This document shows, in pieces, positions 1 through 9,479 of a stretch of DNA of 64,000 bases. The DNA is taken from assembly GCA_005882335.1 (NCBI GenBank), contig VBAP01000008.1, forward strand, positions 346 to 64,345, in the 5' to 3' direction. Made by a program: the position numbers and the translations under genes. Source of the stretch: Candidatus Segetimicrobium genomatis. Lineage in GTDB: Bacteria; Sysuimicrobiota; Sysuimicrobiia; Sysuimicrobiales; Kaftiobacteriaceae. The stretch's first letter is position 1; each line of letters opens with the position of its first letter. Below the pieces are notes generated by a model. The model did not search any database. It saw only the letters and a list, made by a program, of their open reading frames with translations, and was not told where the DNA came from.

Positions 1-774
1 CGGGAACGCCCGGAGCGCGTCGGCGGCGGCCCGCACGAAGAATGCCGTATAGGTGATGTTCACCCCTTCCCGGCTGCGCCATGCGTCCTTGTGCGCCTCG
101 CGCCAGCGCACCAGCGCCGTCATATCGACTTCAATGACGCCATACGCATGCGGGATCTCTCGCTTGGACTGCGCCATGCGCTGGGCGATCGAACGCCGCA
201 ACGGCGTCAGCTTGACCAGCTGGTCGCCGGGATGCTGGCTCGGAGCGACCGGCCTGCTGGGAGGCATAGTCGCGGTCGGTGCCAGCGGTGGCGCCCCGTG
301 CCGGCTCTCCACGTACTTCAGGACGTCCTCCTTTGTCACCCGGCCGCCGGCGCCGCTGCCCTGCAGGCGAGCCACCTCCTCCAGCGGCAGGCCGTGCTCC
401 TCCGCCAGCCTGCGGACCACTGGAGAGAGCCGCACCCGCTCCGCTTCGGCGAGGTGAGTCCGGTCCTCGCGCATCCCCACCCCTGGCGCATCCGGCGTGG
501 GCCGAGCCGCCGCAGGGCTCTGGACGGCGGCGTCCGACGTCTCCATGACCGCGATGGGCGTGCCGACCGGCACCGTCTGTCCCTCGGGAATCAAGATCCT
601 GGCCAGCACACCCCCGTAGGGCGCCGGCATCTCCACGTTCACCTTGTCGGTGATGATCTCGACCAGCGGCTCGAATCGCTCGACTCGATCCCCCGGCTGC
701 TTGAGCCACTTTCCAATCGTGCCCTCGAAGGTACTCTCGCCCAATTGCGGAAGGGTCACGTCGACAGGCATCAT
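1..774 (-). CDS. Dihydrolipoamide acyltransferase (E2) of a 2-oxoacid dehydrogenase complex, N-terminal lipoyl domain plus linker. The C-terminal end lies beyond the window edge.
   Basis: Reverse-complement translation from the ATG at 774 gives MMPVDVTLPQLGESTFEGTIGKWLKQPGDRVERFEPLVEIITDKVNVEMPAPYGGVLA, a canonical lipoyl-attachment domain with the TDK lipoyl-lysine motif. It lies immediately downstream of the E1beta gene on the same strand. It is not in the ORF track because it runs off the window. Confidence 0.8.
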   Translation of the reverse strand, partial: MMPVDVTLPQLGESTFEGTIGKWLKQPGDRVERFEPLVEIITDKVNVEMPAPYGGVLARILIPEGQTVPVGTPIAVMETSDAAVQSPAAARPTPDAPGVGMREDRTHLAEAERVRLSPVVRRLAEEHGLPLEEVARLQGSGAGGRVTKEDVLKYVESRHGAPPLAPTATMPPSRPVAPSQHPGDQLVKLTPLRRSIAQRMAQSKREIPHAYGVIEVDMTALVRWREAHKDAWRSREGVNITYTAFFVRAAADALRAFP

Positions 775-780
775 TGGGTC

Positions 781-880
781 TCCGTGAATCTACGCAATCT
801 TCGCGATCGACGCAATCGCGCAATCTCAATACTCCATTACGAACGTTTCCGTCTTCGGATCGCGTAGATTGCGTAGATTG
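781..880. repeat. Intergenic hairpin element (E1beta-E2 spacer). The left arm is tandem TACGCAATC-like words, and the right arm is their reverse complements (GATTGCGTA).
   Basis: Arms at 781-817 and 845-880. Confidence 0.7.
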
Positions 881-892
881 AGCAGATTCGTT

Positions 893-1876
893 TCAATAGG
901 CTGCCAGTTTGCGGATCGACGCGGCGATCTTGCCCCGGCTGATGGAAAACCATTCTTCAAGAGGCTTCGCAAACGGGATGCCGGGGACATCCGGTCCGGC
1001 CAGCCGCATCACCGGGGCATCCAGATCGAAGAACGCCTCTTCGGCGATGCGCGCGGCGATCTCCGCGCCATAGCCCAGGAACTGGTTATCCTCGTACACA
1101 ATCAGCGCGCGGTTGGTCTTGGCGACGGATTTCAAGATGGTGGCGGTGTCCAGCGGTGCCAGCGTGCGGATATCCACGACCTCCACCTCGATGCCCTCCC
1201 TGGCCATCTCCTCGGCCGCCGCCAACGACTCGCTCAGCATCCAGCCATACGCGAAGAGTGACAGATCCCTGCCCGGCCGGCGGACCACAGCAGGGCCGAT
1301 CGGCACCGTGTAGTCACCGTCGGGCACTTCGCCGCGCACGATCCGGTACATGCGCTTATGCTCCAGGAACAACACAGGGTCGGGATCGCGGATGGCCGCC
1401 TTGAGCATCCCCTTGGCATCGTACGGAGTGGAGGGCGCCACGACCTTCAGACCCGGGACATGCGCGTAAAAGGCCTCGATCGATTGAGAGTGGTACAACG
1501 CGGTGCCGTGCGACCCGCCGTACGGCGCCCGGAACACCACCGGGCAGCCATACACGCCATTGGAACGGTACCGCATCCGCGCGGCCTCGCTCACGATCTG
1601 GTTGAAGGCGGGGTGAATGAAATCGGCAAACTGAAACTCCGCGATCGGCAGTAGCCCGTTGCACGCCATCCCAATCGCCACGCCGGCGATCGACGACTCG
1701 GCCAGGGGCGTGTCGATGACCCGATCCTCCCCGAACTTTTCGACCAGCCCCATCGTCGCGCCAAACACGCCGCCCTTGCGGCCGACGTCTTCTCCGAGGA
1801 CGAGCACGCGCGCATCCTGCGCCATCTCCTCGTGGTGGGCCTGATTGATCGCATCGATGTACCGGATCTCGGCCAT
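893..1876 (-). CDS. 2-oxoacid dehydrogenase E1 component beta subunit (transketolase-like C-terminal domain)
   Basis: 327 aa with GEDVGRKGGVFGAT, ESSIAGVAIGMA and PYGGSHGTALYHSQS motifs typical of PDH/BCKDH/acetoin DH E1beta. Confidence 0.9.
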   Translation of the reverse strand: MAEIRYIDAINQAHHEEMAQDARVLVLGEDVGRKGGVFGATMGLVEKFGEDRVIDTPLAESSIAGVAIGMACNGLLPIAEFQFADFIHPAFNQIVSEAARMRYRSNGVYGCPVVFRAPYGGSHGTALYHSQSIEAFYAHVPGLKVVAPSTPYDAKGMLKAAIRDPDPVLFLEHKRMYRIVRGEVPDGDYTVPIGPAVVRRPGRDLSLFAYGWMLSESLAAAEEMAREGIEVEVVDIRTLAPLDTATILKSVAKTNRALIVYEDNQFLGYGAEIAARIAEEAFFDLDAPVMRLAGPDVPGIPFAKPLEEWFSISRGKIAASIRKLAAY

Positions 1877-1884
1877 GGGGCTCT

Positions 1885-2904
1885 CTACTCCTCGAAGAAC
1901 AGGTGCCGCCTCGCGGTGTCCGGTTGTGGCAGAGGCGCGCGGTCGGCTTCGTCGGTGGCCGTGTCAATATCCCGCCGGATACGCTCCGCAATGTCTTTGA
2001 GCGTGCTCTCGTTCAGCAGGCCGACGCGCTCCAGGTAGGCGCGGAACGTCAGGAGGGGATCGCGCTTGCGGACCTGTTCCAGCTCCTCGCGAGAGCGGTA
2101 CCGCTCCTGCTGATCATCACTGCTGTGCGATCCAAGGCGGGGAACGCGGTATTCGATCAACGTCGGACCCTCGCCGCGCCTGGCGCGATCGTAAGCCTCC
2201 TTGGCCACGCGGTAACACTCCAACACATCACTCCCGTCCGCGGTCACGCCCGGCATGCCGTACCCGGCGGCCCGGACGGCCACGCTGGGGACCGCCATCT
2301 GCTTGCGCAGAGGAACCGAGATCGCCAGTTCGTTGTTCTCGACGATGAGGAGCACAGGGCATTTGTGAATGGCGGCAAAGTTCAACGCCTCGTGCCAGTC
2401 CCCCTGGCTGGTGCCGCCCTCGCCGATGCTGACCATGGTGATCTCACCGGTCCGGCGGAGCTTGCTCGCGTAGGCAATCCCCACCGCATGCGGGTATTGC
2501 GTTCCAACGGGGCTGCTCGTGGAAAGGATCTTAAACCTCGGGTGGCCGTAGTGCCCGGGCATCTGCCGGCCGCCGCTGCTGGGATCGGTCGCGCGGGCAA
2601 ACAGCCCCAGCAGCATGTCTGTCACCGTCATACCCTTGACCAGACAGGCGGCCACCGAGCGGTAGAAGGGGACGAACCAGTCTTGCTTCTTGTCCATCGG
2701 CCACATCGCGGCGACCTGGCAGCCTTCGTGCCCCGGGCCGGAGATCACGAACATCGCCTTGCCGGCACGCTGCAGGACCCACATCCGGTCGTCCAGCCCG
2801 CGGGCCAGGGCGATGTAGTAGTACATCTCCAGGACGTCCTGGTCGGACAGTCCCAGCGCCCGGTGCCGGGCTTCCACTGTAGTGTTGGCCTCAGCGCTCA
2901 CCAC
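1885..2904 (-). CDS. 2-oxoacid dehydrogenase E1 component alpha subunit (TPP-binding)
   Basis: 339 aa with a TPP-binding region (SIGEGGTSQGDWHEALNFAAIHKCPVLLIVENNELAIS). It is adjacent to E1beta. Confidence 0.9.
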   Translation of the reverse strand: MVSAEANTTVEARHRALGLSDQDVLEMYYYIALARGLDDRMWVLQRAGKAMFVISGPGHEGCQVAAMWPMDKKQDWFVPFYRSVAACLVKGMTVTDMLLGLFARATDPSSGGRQMPGHYGHPRFKILSTSSPVGTQYPHAVGIAYASKLRRTGEITMVSIGEGGTSQGDWHEALNFAAIHKCPVLLIVENNELAISVPLRKQMAVPSVAVRAAGYGMPGVTADGSDVLECYRVAKEAYDRARRGEGPTLIEYRVPRLGSHSSDDQQERYRSREELEQVRKRDPLLTFRAYLERVGLLNESTLKDIAERIRRDIDTATDEADRAPLPQPDTARRHLFFEE

Positions 2905-2922
2905 GCCGCCCCCTTCCCCTTG

Positions 2923-3018
2923 CGCGTCCGTGCGTCCATTGCGTCTATCGCGTCCATTGCGTCTCCGTGTGGCCTTTTACCGCAACGGACGCAAGAAGAC
3001 GCGAGAGACGCGACGACG
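2923..3018. repeat. Intergenic hairpin element (lpd-E1alpha spacer). GCGTCCATTGCGTCT words on the left, complementary GACGC-containing words on the right.
   Basis: Arms at 2923-2967 and 2982-3018. Confidence 0.65.
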
Positions 3019-3024
3019 TGTTTA

Positions 3025-4428
3025 TCACATGTGGATGACCCTTCCCATCGCGTCGAGTGCCGCCTCCTTGAGCGCCTCCGACAACGTGGGGTGCGAGTGG
3101 ACCGCCGCGCCGAGTTCTGTCACCGTCGCCTCCAGGTACTTGGCGGCAACACCTTCGGCCAGCAGCTCGGTCACGCCGGGCCCGATCATGTGGATGCCCA
3201 GGAGTTCGCCGATCTTCGTATCGGTGACAACCTTGACAAAACCTTCACGCGTCCCTTCGATGGTCGCCTTGCTGTTCGCCTGGAAACTGAACCGCCCCAC
3301 CTTCACGTCATGCCCGCGTTCTTTGGCCTGCCGCTCGGTGAGCCCCACGGTGGCCACCTGCGGAATACAGAACGTGGGCCGCGGCACCGCATCGTAGTTG
3401 AGCGCATGCGTTCGCTGGCCGGCCATGGTCTCGACGGCCGCAATCGCCTCATCGCTGGCGACATGGGCCAGGCGGAACGGGGCCTGTCCTGTAAGGACGT
3501 CCCCGATGGCATAGGCGTGGGCTGCCGTTGTGCGGAACTGTCCGTCCACTTTGACCGCACCCTTCTCGAGCGCGATACCCGCCTCCGCCACCGCCAGTCC
3601 CTCGGTCACCGGCGCGCGGCCGACCGCAACCAGCAGGTAGTCGGCCTCCAGGGCCGAGGTCTGATCACCGCGCCCCACGGTGATTTTCACCCTGTTGTTC
3701 CCGATTTCAGCCGCCTTGGCCGTGGCCTGCGTGACCACTTTGATGCCCCGCCTCGAGAACGCCCGCTCCAGCGCTTGACCGATCTCCTCGTCCTCCAGCG
3801 GCACGAGCGTCGGCAGCAGTTCGATGACCGTGACCTCGCTGCCGAAGGCGCGAAACAGGCTGGCAAACTCCACCCCCACGGGGCCGGCGCCGAGAATGGC
3901 GATGGACCGCGGCACCGCTTCTAAGTTCAGGGCGTCGGTGCTGTCAATGATGCGGGTGTGATCGAACACGATGCCGGGCACGGAGCGCGGCGCTGAGCCG
4001 GTCGCGATGAGGACGTGCCTGGCGGCAAGTTCGGTCTCTGACCCATCGGCCAGCGCGACGCCGATCTTGGCGGCGCTGAGAAAGCGCCCTTCGCCGATGA
4101 AGACGTCGATTTTGTTCTTGCGCATCAGCGACTGGACGCCCTTGTGGAGTTGATCGACGACGCGGGTCTTGCGACGCTGCACAGCGAGCAGATCGACGGC
4201 GACGCTGTCGACAGTCAGCCCCAGTTCCCGGGGGTCTTTCAGGTGTTCGAGGAGCTCGGCGGTGTGCAACATGGCCTTTGTGGGGATGCAGCCGATGTGC
4301 AGGCAGGTTCCGCCGACCTTCTCTCGCTCTACCAGCGCGACCCTCAGCCCGAGCTGGGCGGCCCGGATCGCCCCGACATACCCGCCCGGGCCACTGCCGA
4401 TGACGATGAGGTCGTACGCGTCAGGCAT
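3025..4428 (-). CDS. lpd: Dihydrolipoamide dehydrogenase (E3)
   Basis: 467 aa with an N-terminal FAD-binding site (DLIVIGSGPGGYVGAIRAA) and the redox-active disulfide motif GGTCLHIGCIPTK. Confidence 0.92.
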   Translation of the reverse strand: MPDAYDLIVIGSGPGGYVGAIRAAQLGLRVALVEREKVGGTCLHIGCIPTKAMLHTAELLEHLKDPRELGLTVDSVAVDLLAVQRRKTRVVDQLHKGVQSLMRKNKIDVFIGEGRFLSAAKIGVALADGSETELAARHVLIATGSAPRSVPGIVFDHTRIIDSTDALNLEAVPRSIAILGAGPVGVEFASLFRAFGSEVTVIELLPTLVPLEDEEIGQALERAFSRRGIKVVTQATAKAAEIGNNRVKITVGRGDQTSALEADYLLVAVGRAPVTEGLAVAEAGIALEKGAVKVDGQFRTTAAHAYAIGDVLTGQAPFRLAHVASDEAIAAVETMAGQRTHALNYDAVPRPTFCIPQVATVGLTERQAKERGHDVKVGRFSFQANSKATIEGTREGFVKVVTDTKIGELLGIHMIGPGVTELLAEGVAAKYLEATVTELGAAVHSHPTLSEALKEAALDAMGRVIHM

Positions 4429-4450
4429 CGCTGGGATGTCCTCCGTGCGT

Positions 4451-4873
4451 CTAGTGAATCAGGTGCCCGGGCATTGTGCTGAGCGGTTTCCGCCCGGCAA
4501 AACCCTCCTGCGCCCCATGCCAGTAGTGCACGGCATCTTCCCCCAGGCGCCAGCACAGGAAGTACCCTGTCCCACGGAATTGCGCCGGGAAGTCCACGAG
4601 CCCTGTCTGCGCGTCCCGCACCACGCAGCCGATCTCGTCGAGGCGTCGCAGAATCTCTGCGACTTCCTGCGCCTGGGCATCCAGCTCTTGCTGGCGCGCT
4701 CCGATCTCGTCGAGCACGCGATTCCCAGTTTCCAGGCGCTGCCAGAGAATGTCCAGGCGTTCCTTTAACGGGATGCCAGAGGCGTGTAGCTCTTTGAGGC
4801 GGGCCAGCAGCGGCGCTACCTGCAATAGCGTCCGGTTGGCTTCATCGAGGGAAAAGTAGCGGATGGGCCGCAT
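4451..4873 (-). CDS. Hypothetical protein (DUF2203-like). The start was chosen at the MRPIRYF methionine.
   Basis: ORF 4451-5038. The conserved-looking part begins MRPIRYFSLDEANRTLL. No catalytic motifs were recognised. Confidence 0.45.
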   Translation of the reverse strand: MRPIRYFSLDEANRTLLQVAPLLARLKELHASGIPLKERLDILWQRLETGNRVLDEIGARQQELDAQAQEVAEILRRLDEIGCVVRDAQTGLVDFPAQFRGTGYFLCWRLGEDAVHYWHGAQEGFAGRKPLSTMPGHLIH

Positions 4874-4949
4874 CGGCACCGGGTCCCGTTCCCCACTATA
4901 GGGTCCGGCGCCAGACGCGTCAAGCAAAGCGGTTGTGCCTGCCGACAGG

Positions 4950-6491
4950 CTATTTTCTGACGCGGATACGGACCGTGTGGTATCCCGACGCACCATCCGG
5001 GAGCGTGGGAACCTCCCGGGCCGTCTGCACGACACCAAGTCCGTCCCGGGCGCGGACTTTCAAGGTGTACTCGCCGGGCGCGGTGGGCGTCCAGAGCGCC
5101 GCCCACAACACCCAGGTGAACGGCCCCAGTGGTGGCTTGACCTCTGCCGGCCGCCACGTCCCCCCGCCGTCGGTGCTGTATTCGACGGCCTTGATGCCGC
5201 GATCGCCGCCGTACGCCGCACCACCCAGTCCGATCTCACCGACAGTCCCGGAGCGCGGCGCGACGGTAAACTCCGACATCGTTTTCACGACGGCTTCGTC
5301 GCTCCACCCCGACGCCTCCCAGTATCCGCGGAAGTCGTAGTTGACGACCTCGATCTTGGTAATCCATTTGGGATTCTTCATCCCAAACAACCCGGGGACC
5401 AGCAGGCGAACCGGAAAGCCGTGCTTGGCCGGCAACGGCTCGCCGTTCATCTCGTAGGCGAGGAGCGTGGTGGGATGCATGGCGTCGGCGACGGGAATCG
5501 CCTCGGAGTATCCGTCCGCACACCGGAACGCTACTTTGACCGCTGTGGCGGCGGGGCCTCCAGCGCGCATGAGGACGTCACGTAACTGCACGCCCTTCCA
5601 CTTCGCGTTGCTGATCAGGTCGCCGCCCACCTCGTTGCTGATGCACTCCAGCGTCTGCACCTGTTCGATCGCCGGCATCGCCCGGAGATCCTCGAAGCTG
5701 AACCGCACGGGCTTACTGACCAGGCCGCCGATGTCCAGCGACCATTTCGCCACCTCGACAACGGGATCAAACCCGGGTGGATTCTTGCTGACGACGTAGA
5801 ACCGGTCGTTCGGCGTGATCTCCGCCGGAAGCCCCTGGACGCGCGCGAACAGACTCTGCGCTGCGACTGTGGCGCGGCGGAGTGCGATCTGCAGCCACTG
5901 AGCCGCGGCGCCGCCGGCGGCCGAAGCGATCAGCACGGTCACGGCCCGAGAGAGGAGTTCGCGACGGGTCACTCCCCCGGATGGGGGCGCTCCCGCCGCG
6001 GGCCGGCGCGACAGCGCGACCATCAGCACGGTATAGAACCCGGCAAACAACACGCCGTAGGCGGCCAGCGCCAGCGGCACCGTGTAGGGATTCGCAGCCA
6101 TGCCTTCGGCGGCCAGCCGTTCCGCGAGATAACGTGACGCGGGACCAAACGCCAGAACGGCCAGCAGCCCGGTGACGACGACCCATGCACCCACCAGGAG
6201 CCGCCCGGGCTTCCACCCGGCCCACCGGGCGACCCCGGCTCCGATCAACCCCAACAGCACGACCAGCCCGGCCAGCATGCCCCAAAACGCCGCGGGCTTG
6301 GCGGCGAACTTGAGGCGCACGATCAGGAACGAGAACACCTGCAACGGAATAAGCCGCATCTGCCGTTCCCACAGCGCGAGGGCCACCACAGGGATATGAT
6401 GCGTAAACCAGCCGAAGTACATGGCAATCGCCACGAGGAGTCCGGCCGCCAGGCCGGCCCAAAACCCTGACCGCGTGGAAGACATCGTCAT
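4950..6491 (-). CDS. Sulfite-oxidase-family molybdopterin oxidoreductase with a polytopic N-terminal membrane domain
   Basis: 513 aa. About six hydrophobic helices at the N-terminus. It then has the Mo-binding motif TLECISNEVGGDLISNAKWKGV and a C-terminal dimerisation-like Ig domain. Confidence 0.8.
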   Translation of the reverse strand: MTMSSTRSGFWAGLAAGLLVAIAMYFGWFTHHIPVVALALWERQMRLIPLQVFSFLIVRLKFAAKPAAFWGMLAGLVVLLGLIGAGVARWAGWKPGRLLVGAWVVVTGLLAVLAFGPASRYLAERLAAEGMAANPYTVPLALAAYGVLFAGFYTVLMVALSRRPAAGAPPSGGVTRRELLSRAVTVLIASAAGGAAAQWLQIALRRATVAAQSLFARVQGLPAEITPNDRFYVVSKNPPGFDPVVEVAKWSLDIGGLVSKPVRFSFEDLRAMPAIEQVQTLECISNEVGGDLISNAKWKGVQLRDVLMRAGGPAATAVKVAFRCADGYSEAIPVADAMHPTTLLAYEMNGEPLPAKHGFPVRLLVPGLFGMKNPKWITKIEVVNYDFRGYWEASGWSDEAVVKTMSEFTVAPRSGTVGEIGLGGAAYGGDRGIKAVEYSTDGGGTWRPAEVKPPLGPFTWVLWAALWTPTAPGEYTLKVRARDGLGVVQTAREVPTLPDGASGYHTVRIRVRK

Positions 6492-6509
6492 GACGAGTAT
6501 ACCGCCTGA

Positions 6510-7559
6510 CTACGCACGGGCGTACACGCGAACGCGGTGCAGCCCCGACGCGCCGTCCGGCAGCGTGGGGGCTTCATCCGGCGTCTGCCACTCTCCAGTG
6601 CCGTCCTGGGCCCGTACCCGCAGCAGATACGACCCCGGTCCCGGCGGCGCCCACTCCACGGCCCACAGCACCCAGGTGTGAGGGCCGAGCACGGACCCGA
6701 TCGCGGCCGGCAGCCAGGTGCGGCCGTCATCGACGGAATACTCGACCGCGCGGACTCCGCGCTTGCCTGCATATGCCACACCGCCCAGCTGCGTGGGCCG
6801 GCCCGTGGGGAGGATCGCTCCGGAGTTCGGGGTGGTGAACTTGGACATTGTCTTCACCACAGCCTCATCGCTCCAGCTCCGCTGCTCCCAGTACCCGAGG
6901 AAGTGGTCGACGGGCTCGATGCGTGTAATCCACTTTGGATTCTTCATGCCGTACAACCCGCCGACCAGCAGCCGTGCGGGAAACCCATGCTTGGACGGAA
7001 GTCGCTCACCGTTCATCTCGTAGGCCAGCAGCGTATCCGGCTGCAGGGCGTCGCTCATCAGGATCGCCGTGCTGTAGCCGTCCGCGCAGCGGAACGCCAG
7101 CTTCCTGGTGCTGGTGTCTGCCCCGGCCATCTCCAGAATCGCGCGCAGGGGCACGCCTCGCCACTTCGCGTTGCTGATGAGATTCCCACCGACTTCGTTG
7201 CTGATGCACTCCAACGTATGGTACCGCTGCACCGATGGCAGCGCGACGAGCTCGCGGTACGTGAGCCGCAGGGGCTGTGTGCGGCCGGCGACCTCCAATC
7301 GCCAGAGCGCCGAGTCCAGGTCTGGGTCGAACCCGGGCGGGTTCTTGCTGACGATGTAGAAGTCGGTGTTGGGGGTGATCTCCGCCGGGAGCCCGCGCAC
7401 GTCCACGCCCTGCGTCTCGGCGAAACGCCGCTCCCCTCCGGCAGGCAGCCACTGAGCCAGCGCCGGGCCTGCGAGCGCGCCCGCGGCGATGACCGCCGAC
7501 CGCCGCAGGAGTTCACGCCGGGTCAGTGCGCGTCCATTGTGATCCGACCGGCTGGGCAC
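6510..7559 (-). CDS. Sulfite-oxidase-family molybdopterin oxidoreductase with a Tat-type signal (RRELLRRSAVIAAGALAG). The start is uncertain; a GTG at 7559 is proposed.
   Basis: ORF 6510-7739. Mo-domain motif TLECISNEVGGNLISNAKWRGV. It is a paralogue of 4950-6491. The proposed start avoids overlap with the upstream gene that ends at 7567. Confidence 0.75.
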   Translation of the reverse strand: MPSRSDHNGRALTRRELLRRSAVIAAGALAGPALAQWLPAGGERRFAETQGVDVRGLPAEITPNTDFYIVSKNPPGFDPDLDSALWRLEVAGRTQPLRLTYRELVALPSVQRYHTLECISNEVGGNLISNAKWRGVPLRAILEMAGADTSTRKLAFRCADGYSTAILMSDALQPDTLLAYEMNGERLPSKHGFPARLLVGGLYGMKNPKWITRIEPVDHFLGYWEQRSWSDEAVVKTMSKFTTPNSGAILPTGRPTQLGGVAYAGKRGVRAVEYSVDDGRTWLPAAIGSVLGPHTWVLWAVEWAPPGPGSYLLRVRAQDGTGEWQTPDEAPTLPDGASGLHRVRVYARA

Positions 7560-7566
7560 GTCCGCG

Positions 7567-8163
7567 CTACTCCCAGGGGGAGGAGTAGCGTTCCTCCTTC
7601 CACGGGTCGGCATGATTATGGTAGCCGTTGCGCTCCCAGAAGCCGCGCCGGTCTTTCGCCAGCAGTTCCACGCCGCGGACCCACTTCGCGCTCTTCCAGA
7701 AATACAGGCGGGGCACCACCAGGCGCAGCGGCCAGCCATGCTCGGGTGTCAGGTCCCGCCCGTCGGCCCGGTAGGCGAACAGCGCGTCATCGGCCAGCAA
7801 ATACTCCAGCGGGAGATTGGCCTCGTAGCCCTGCTCGGCGTGCACCATGACAAACTTTGCGTCCGGCTTCGGCTTCGCCAGCGCCAGCACCGCTTTGGCC
7901 GGGACGCCTTCGAAGTTGACGTCCAGCTTGCTCCACGCGGTCACGCAGTGGATGTCAGACCGCAGGGTGGTCTTCGGGAGCCCGACGAACTCCTGGTAGG
8001 TCAGACGCACCGGCTCTTCCACCAACCCCCAGATCTTGAAATCCCACTGTCCGGGATCGAACCGAGGAATGCTGCCGGCATGAAGCACCGGCCACTTTTC
8101 GGTCAGATACTGCCCCGGGGGCAATCGGTCTTTCCCGTCCTGGCGCGTCGTGCGTTCCTTCAT
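7567..8163 (-). CDS. Small cytoplasmic sulfite-oxidase-like (YuiH/YedY-like) molybdopterin oxidoreductase domain protein
   Basis: 198 aa with no signal peptide. It has the conserved Cys in IHCVTAWSKLDVNFEGVP and the family's W/Y-rich C-terminus. Confidence 0.7.
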   Translation of the reverse strand: MKERTTRQDGKDRLPPGQYLTEKWPVLHAGSIPRFDPGQWDFKIWGLVEEPVRLTYQEFVGLPKTTLRSDIHCVTAWSKLDVNFEGVPAKAVLALAKPKPDAKFVMVHAEQGYEANLPLEYLLADDALFAYRADGRDLTPEHGWPLRLVVPRLYFWKSAKWVRGVELLAKDRRGFWERNGYHNHADPWKEERYSSPWE

Positions 8164-8288
8164 GTGATCCTCCTCCTGCCCCTCACCATGCTACGAAGGT
8201 TGTGTAAAAGTCCCGTAAACCGAAGCAAGGGAGCACCGTCCTCGCTCCCCTGCCGACTCGCCCTTCCGGCTCGCCGACTCGCTGGGGG

Positions 8289-8930
8289 TTAGACCCGCTC
8301 TCCCAGCCCGAGGCCTTCGGCATCCTTCTGTCGCTCTTTGGCGACCTCCACCAGCCACGGCGGGTCCTGGTAGACGTAGTCCTTGCGGAGGGGATGCCCG
8401 ACCCAATCGTCGGTCATCATGATGCGGCGTAGGTTGGGGTGCCCGTCGAAGGTGATCCCCAGCAGGTCGTAGGCTTCGCGCTCGTGCCAGTTCGCGCCAT
8501 CCCACACCCCGCTGACCGAGGGAATGTGGGCATCGTCGCGCGGGATGCGCACCTTGAGAGCAAGTTCCTGTCGCGTCTGGTGCGAGTACAGATGGTAGAG
8601 CACTTCCAGCTCGTTGCGGTCCGGCCAGTCAACGGCGCTGACGAATGAGAGGTACGTCAGCCCAAACTCGGGATCCCCGGCGAGCGTCGTGCACACGGGC
8701 AGCAGCTTCTCCCGCGGCACGTAGACGCCTGGGGTCAGGTACTGCGGCGGCACCTCGTGTGCGGGACGGCGCGGCGCGGCCGGCGTACTCTCAGGCGCCG
8801 CCGTAACCTGCTCACCGGAGCCGGTCCCCGGTCCCTGGTCCCTGGTCCCTGCGGGTTCCGTGCCCGCCCGCGGGAAGAGTTCCACGTCGGGGAAAGCGGC
8901 CTTCAGCTTTTCCGCCAGCGCCCAACTCAT
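8289..8930 (-). CDS. nuoC: NADH-quinone oxidoreductase subunit C (30 kDa subunit)
   Basis: 213 aa with the 30-kDa-subunit signature NWHEREAYDLLGITFDGHPNLRRI. Confidence 0.85.
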   Translation of the reverse strand: MSWALAEKLKAAFPDVELFPRAGTEPAGTRDQGPGTGSGEQVTAAPESTPAAPRRPAHEVPPQYLTPGVYVPREKLLPVCTTLAGDPEFGLTYLSFVSAVDWPDRNELEVLYHLYSHQTRQELALKVRIPRDDAHIPSVSGVWDGANWHEREAYDLLGITFDGHPNLRRIMMTDDWVGHPLRKDYVYQDPPWLVEVAKERQKDAEGLGLGERV

Positions 8931-8972
8931 CTACGCCCCCCGGGTCTTGCGACGTTCACCTCGCACATCGTT

Positions 8973-9479
8973 TCATTGCCTCACTTTCACGACGCCGGTG
9001 GCAATGGGTTCCTTGGGCGCGGCGCGGTGGAGGTCGTCCAGGTCGTAGAGCAGGTTGGCCCGGTTGTAGGTACTGGCCTCGTAGTGCGGGACGAAGACAA
9101 TGGCCTCCGTCGGGCAGACCTCCACGCACAGCCCGCAATAGCAGCACTTGTCCATCTCGATATCGAAGCGCGTCAGCAGGCGGTCCTTGGCCTTCCCGGT
9201 CGCCTCGATATGAATGCACCGATCGGGGCAGACCCGCTCACACTGGAAACAGATAATGCACTTGTCGTTGTCGGTCTCGGGGTCGATCGGCAGCGCCAGC
9301 AGGCCATGCCAGCGCGGTGACACGTTCAGCTTCTGCAGCGGGTACGAGACCGTGACCTTGGGCTCGAACATCGCCCGCAGGGTGGATTTGAGACCGACGA
9401 CCAGCCCCACCATTCCCGCCACGATCCGGACCATCCGCGATCGCCTGCCGTCGGAGTGGGGCATCATCTGGGCGCTCAT
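8973..9479 (-). CDS. nuoI: NADH-quinone oxidoreductase subunit I (2x[4Fe-4S] ferredoxin). The start was trimmed to MSAQMM.
   Basis: Two CxxCxxCxxxCP motifs (CIICFQCERVCPDRCI and CCYCGLCVEVCPTEAI). The untrimmed ORF 8973-9755 has an N-terminal extension that overlaps nuoD. Confidence 0.85.
   Translation of the reverse strand: MSAQMMPHSDGRRSRMVRIVAGMVGLVVGLKSTLRAMFEPKVTVSYPLQKLNVSPRWHGLLALPIDPETDNDKCIICFQCERVCPDRCIHIEATGKAKDRLLTRFDIEMDKCCYCGLCVEVCPTEAIVFVPHYEASTYNRANLLYDLDDLHRAAPKEPIATGVVKVRQ

Noticed and set aside
1903-3924. 673-aa ORF on the plus strand
   Set aside because: It is antisense to the clearly homologous E1alpha and lpd genes. It is Arg/Ala/Gly-rich, which is typical of spurious ORFs in high-GC DNA.
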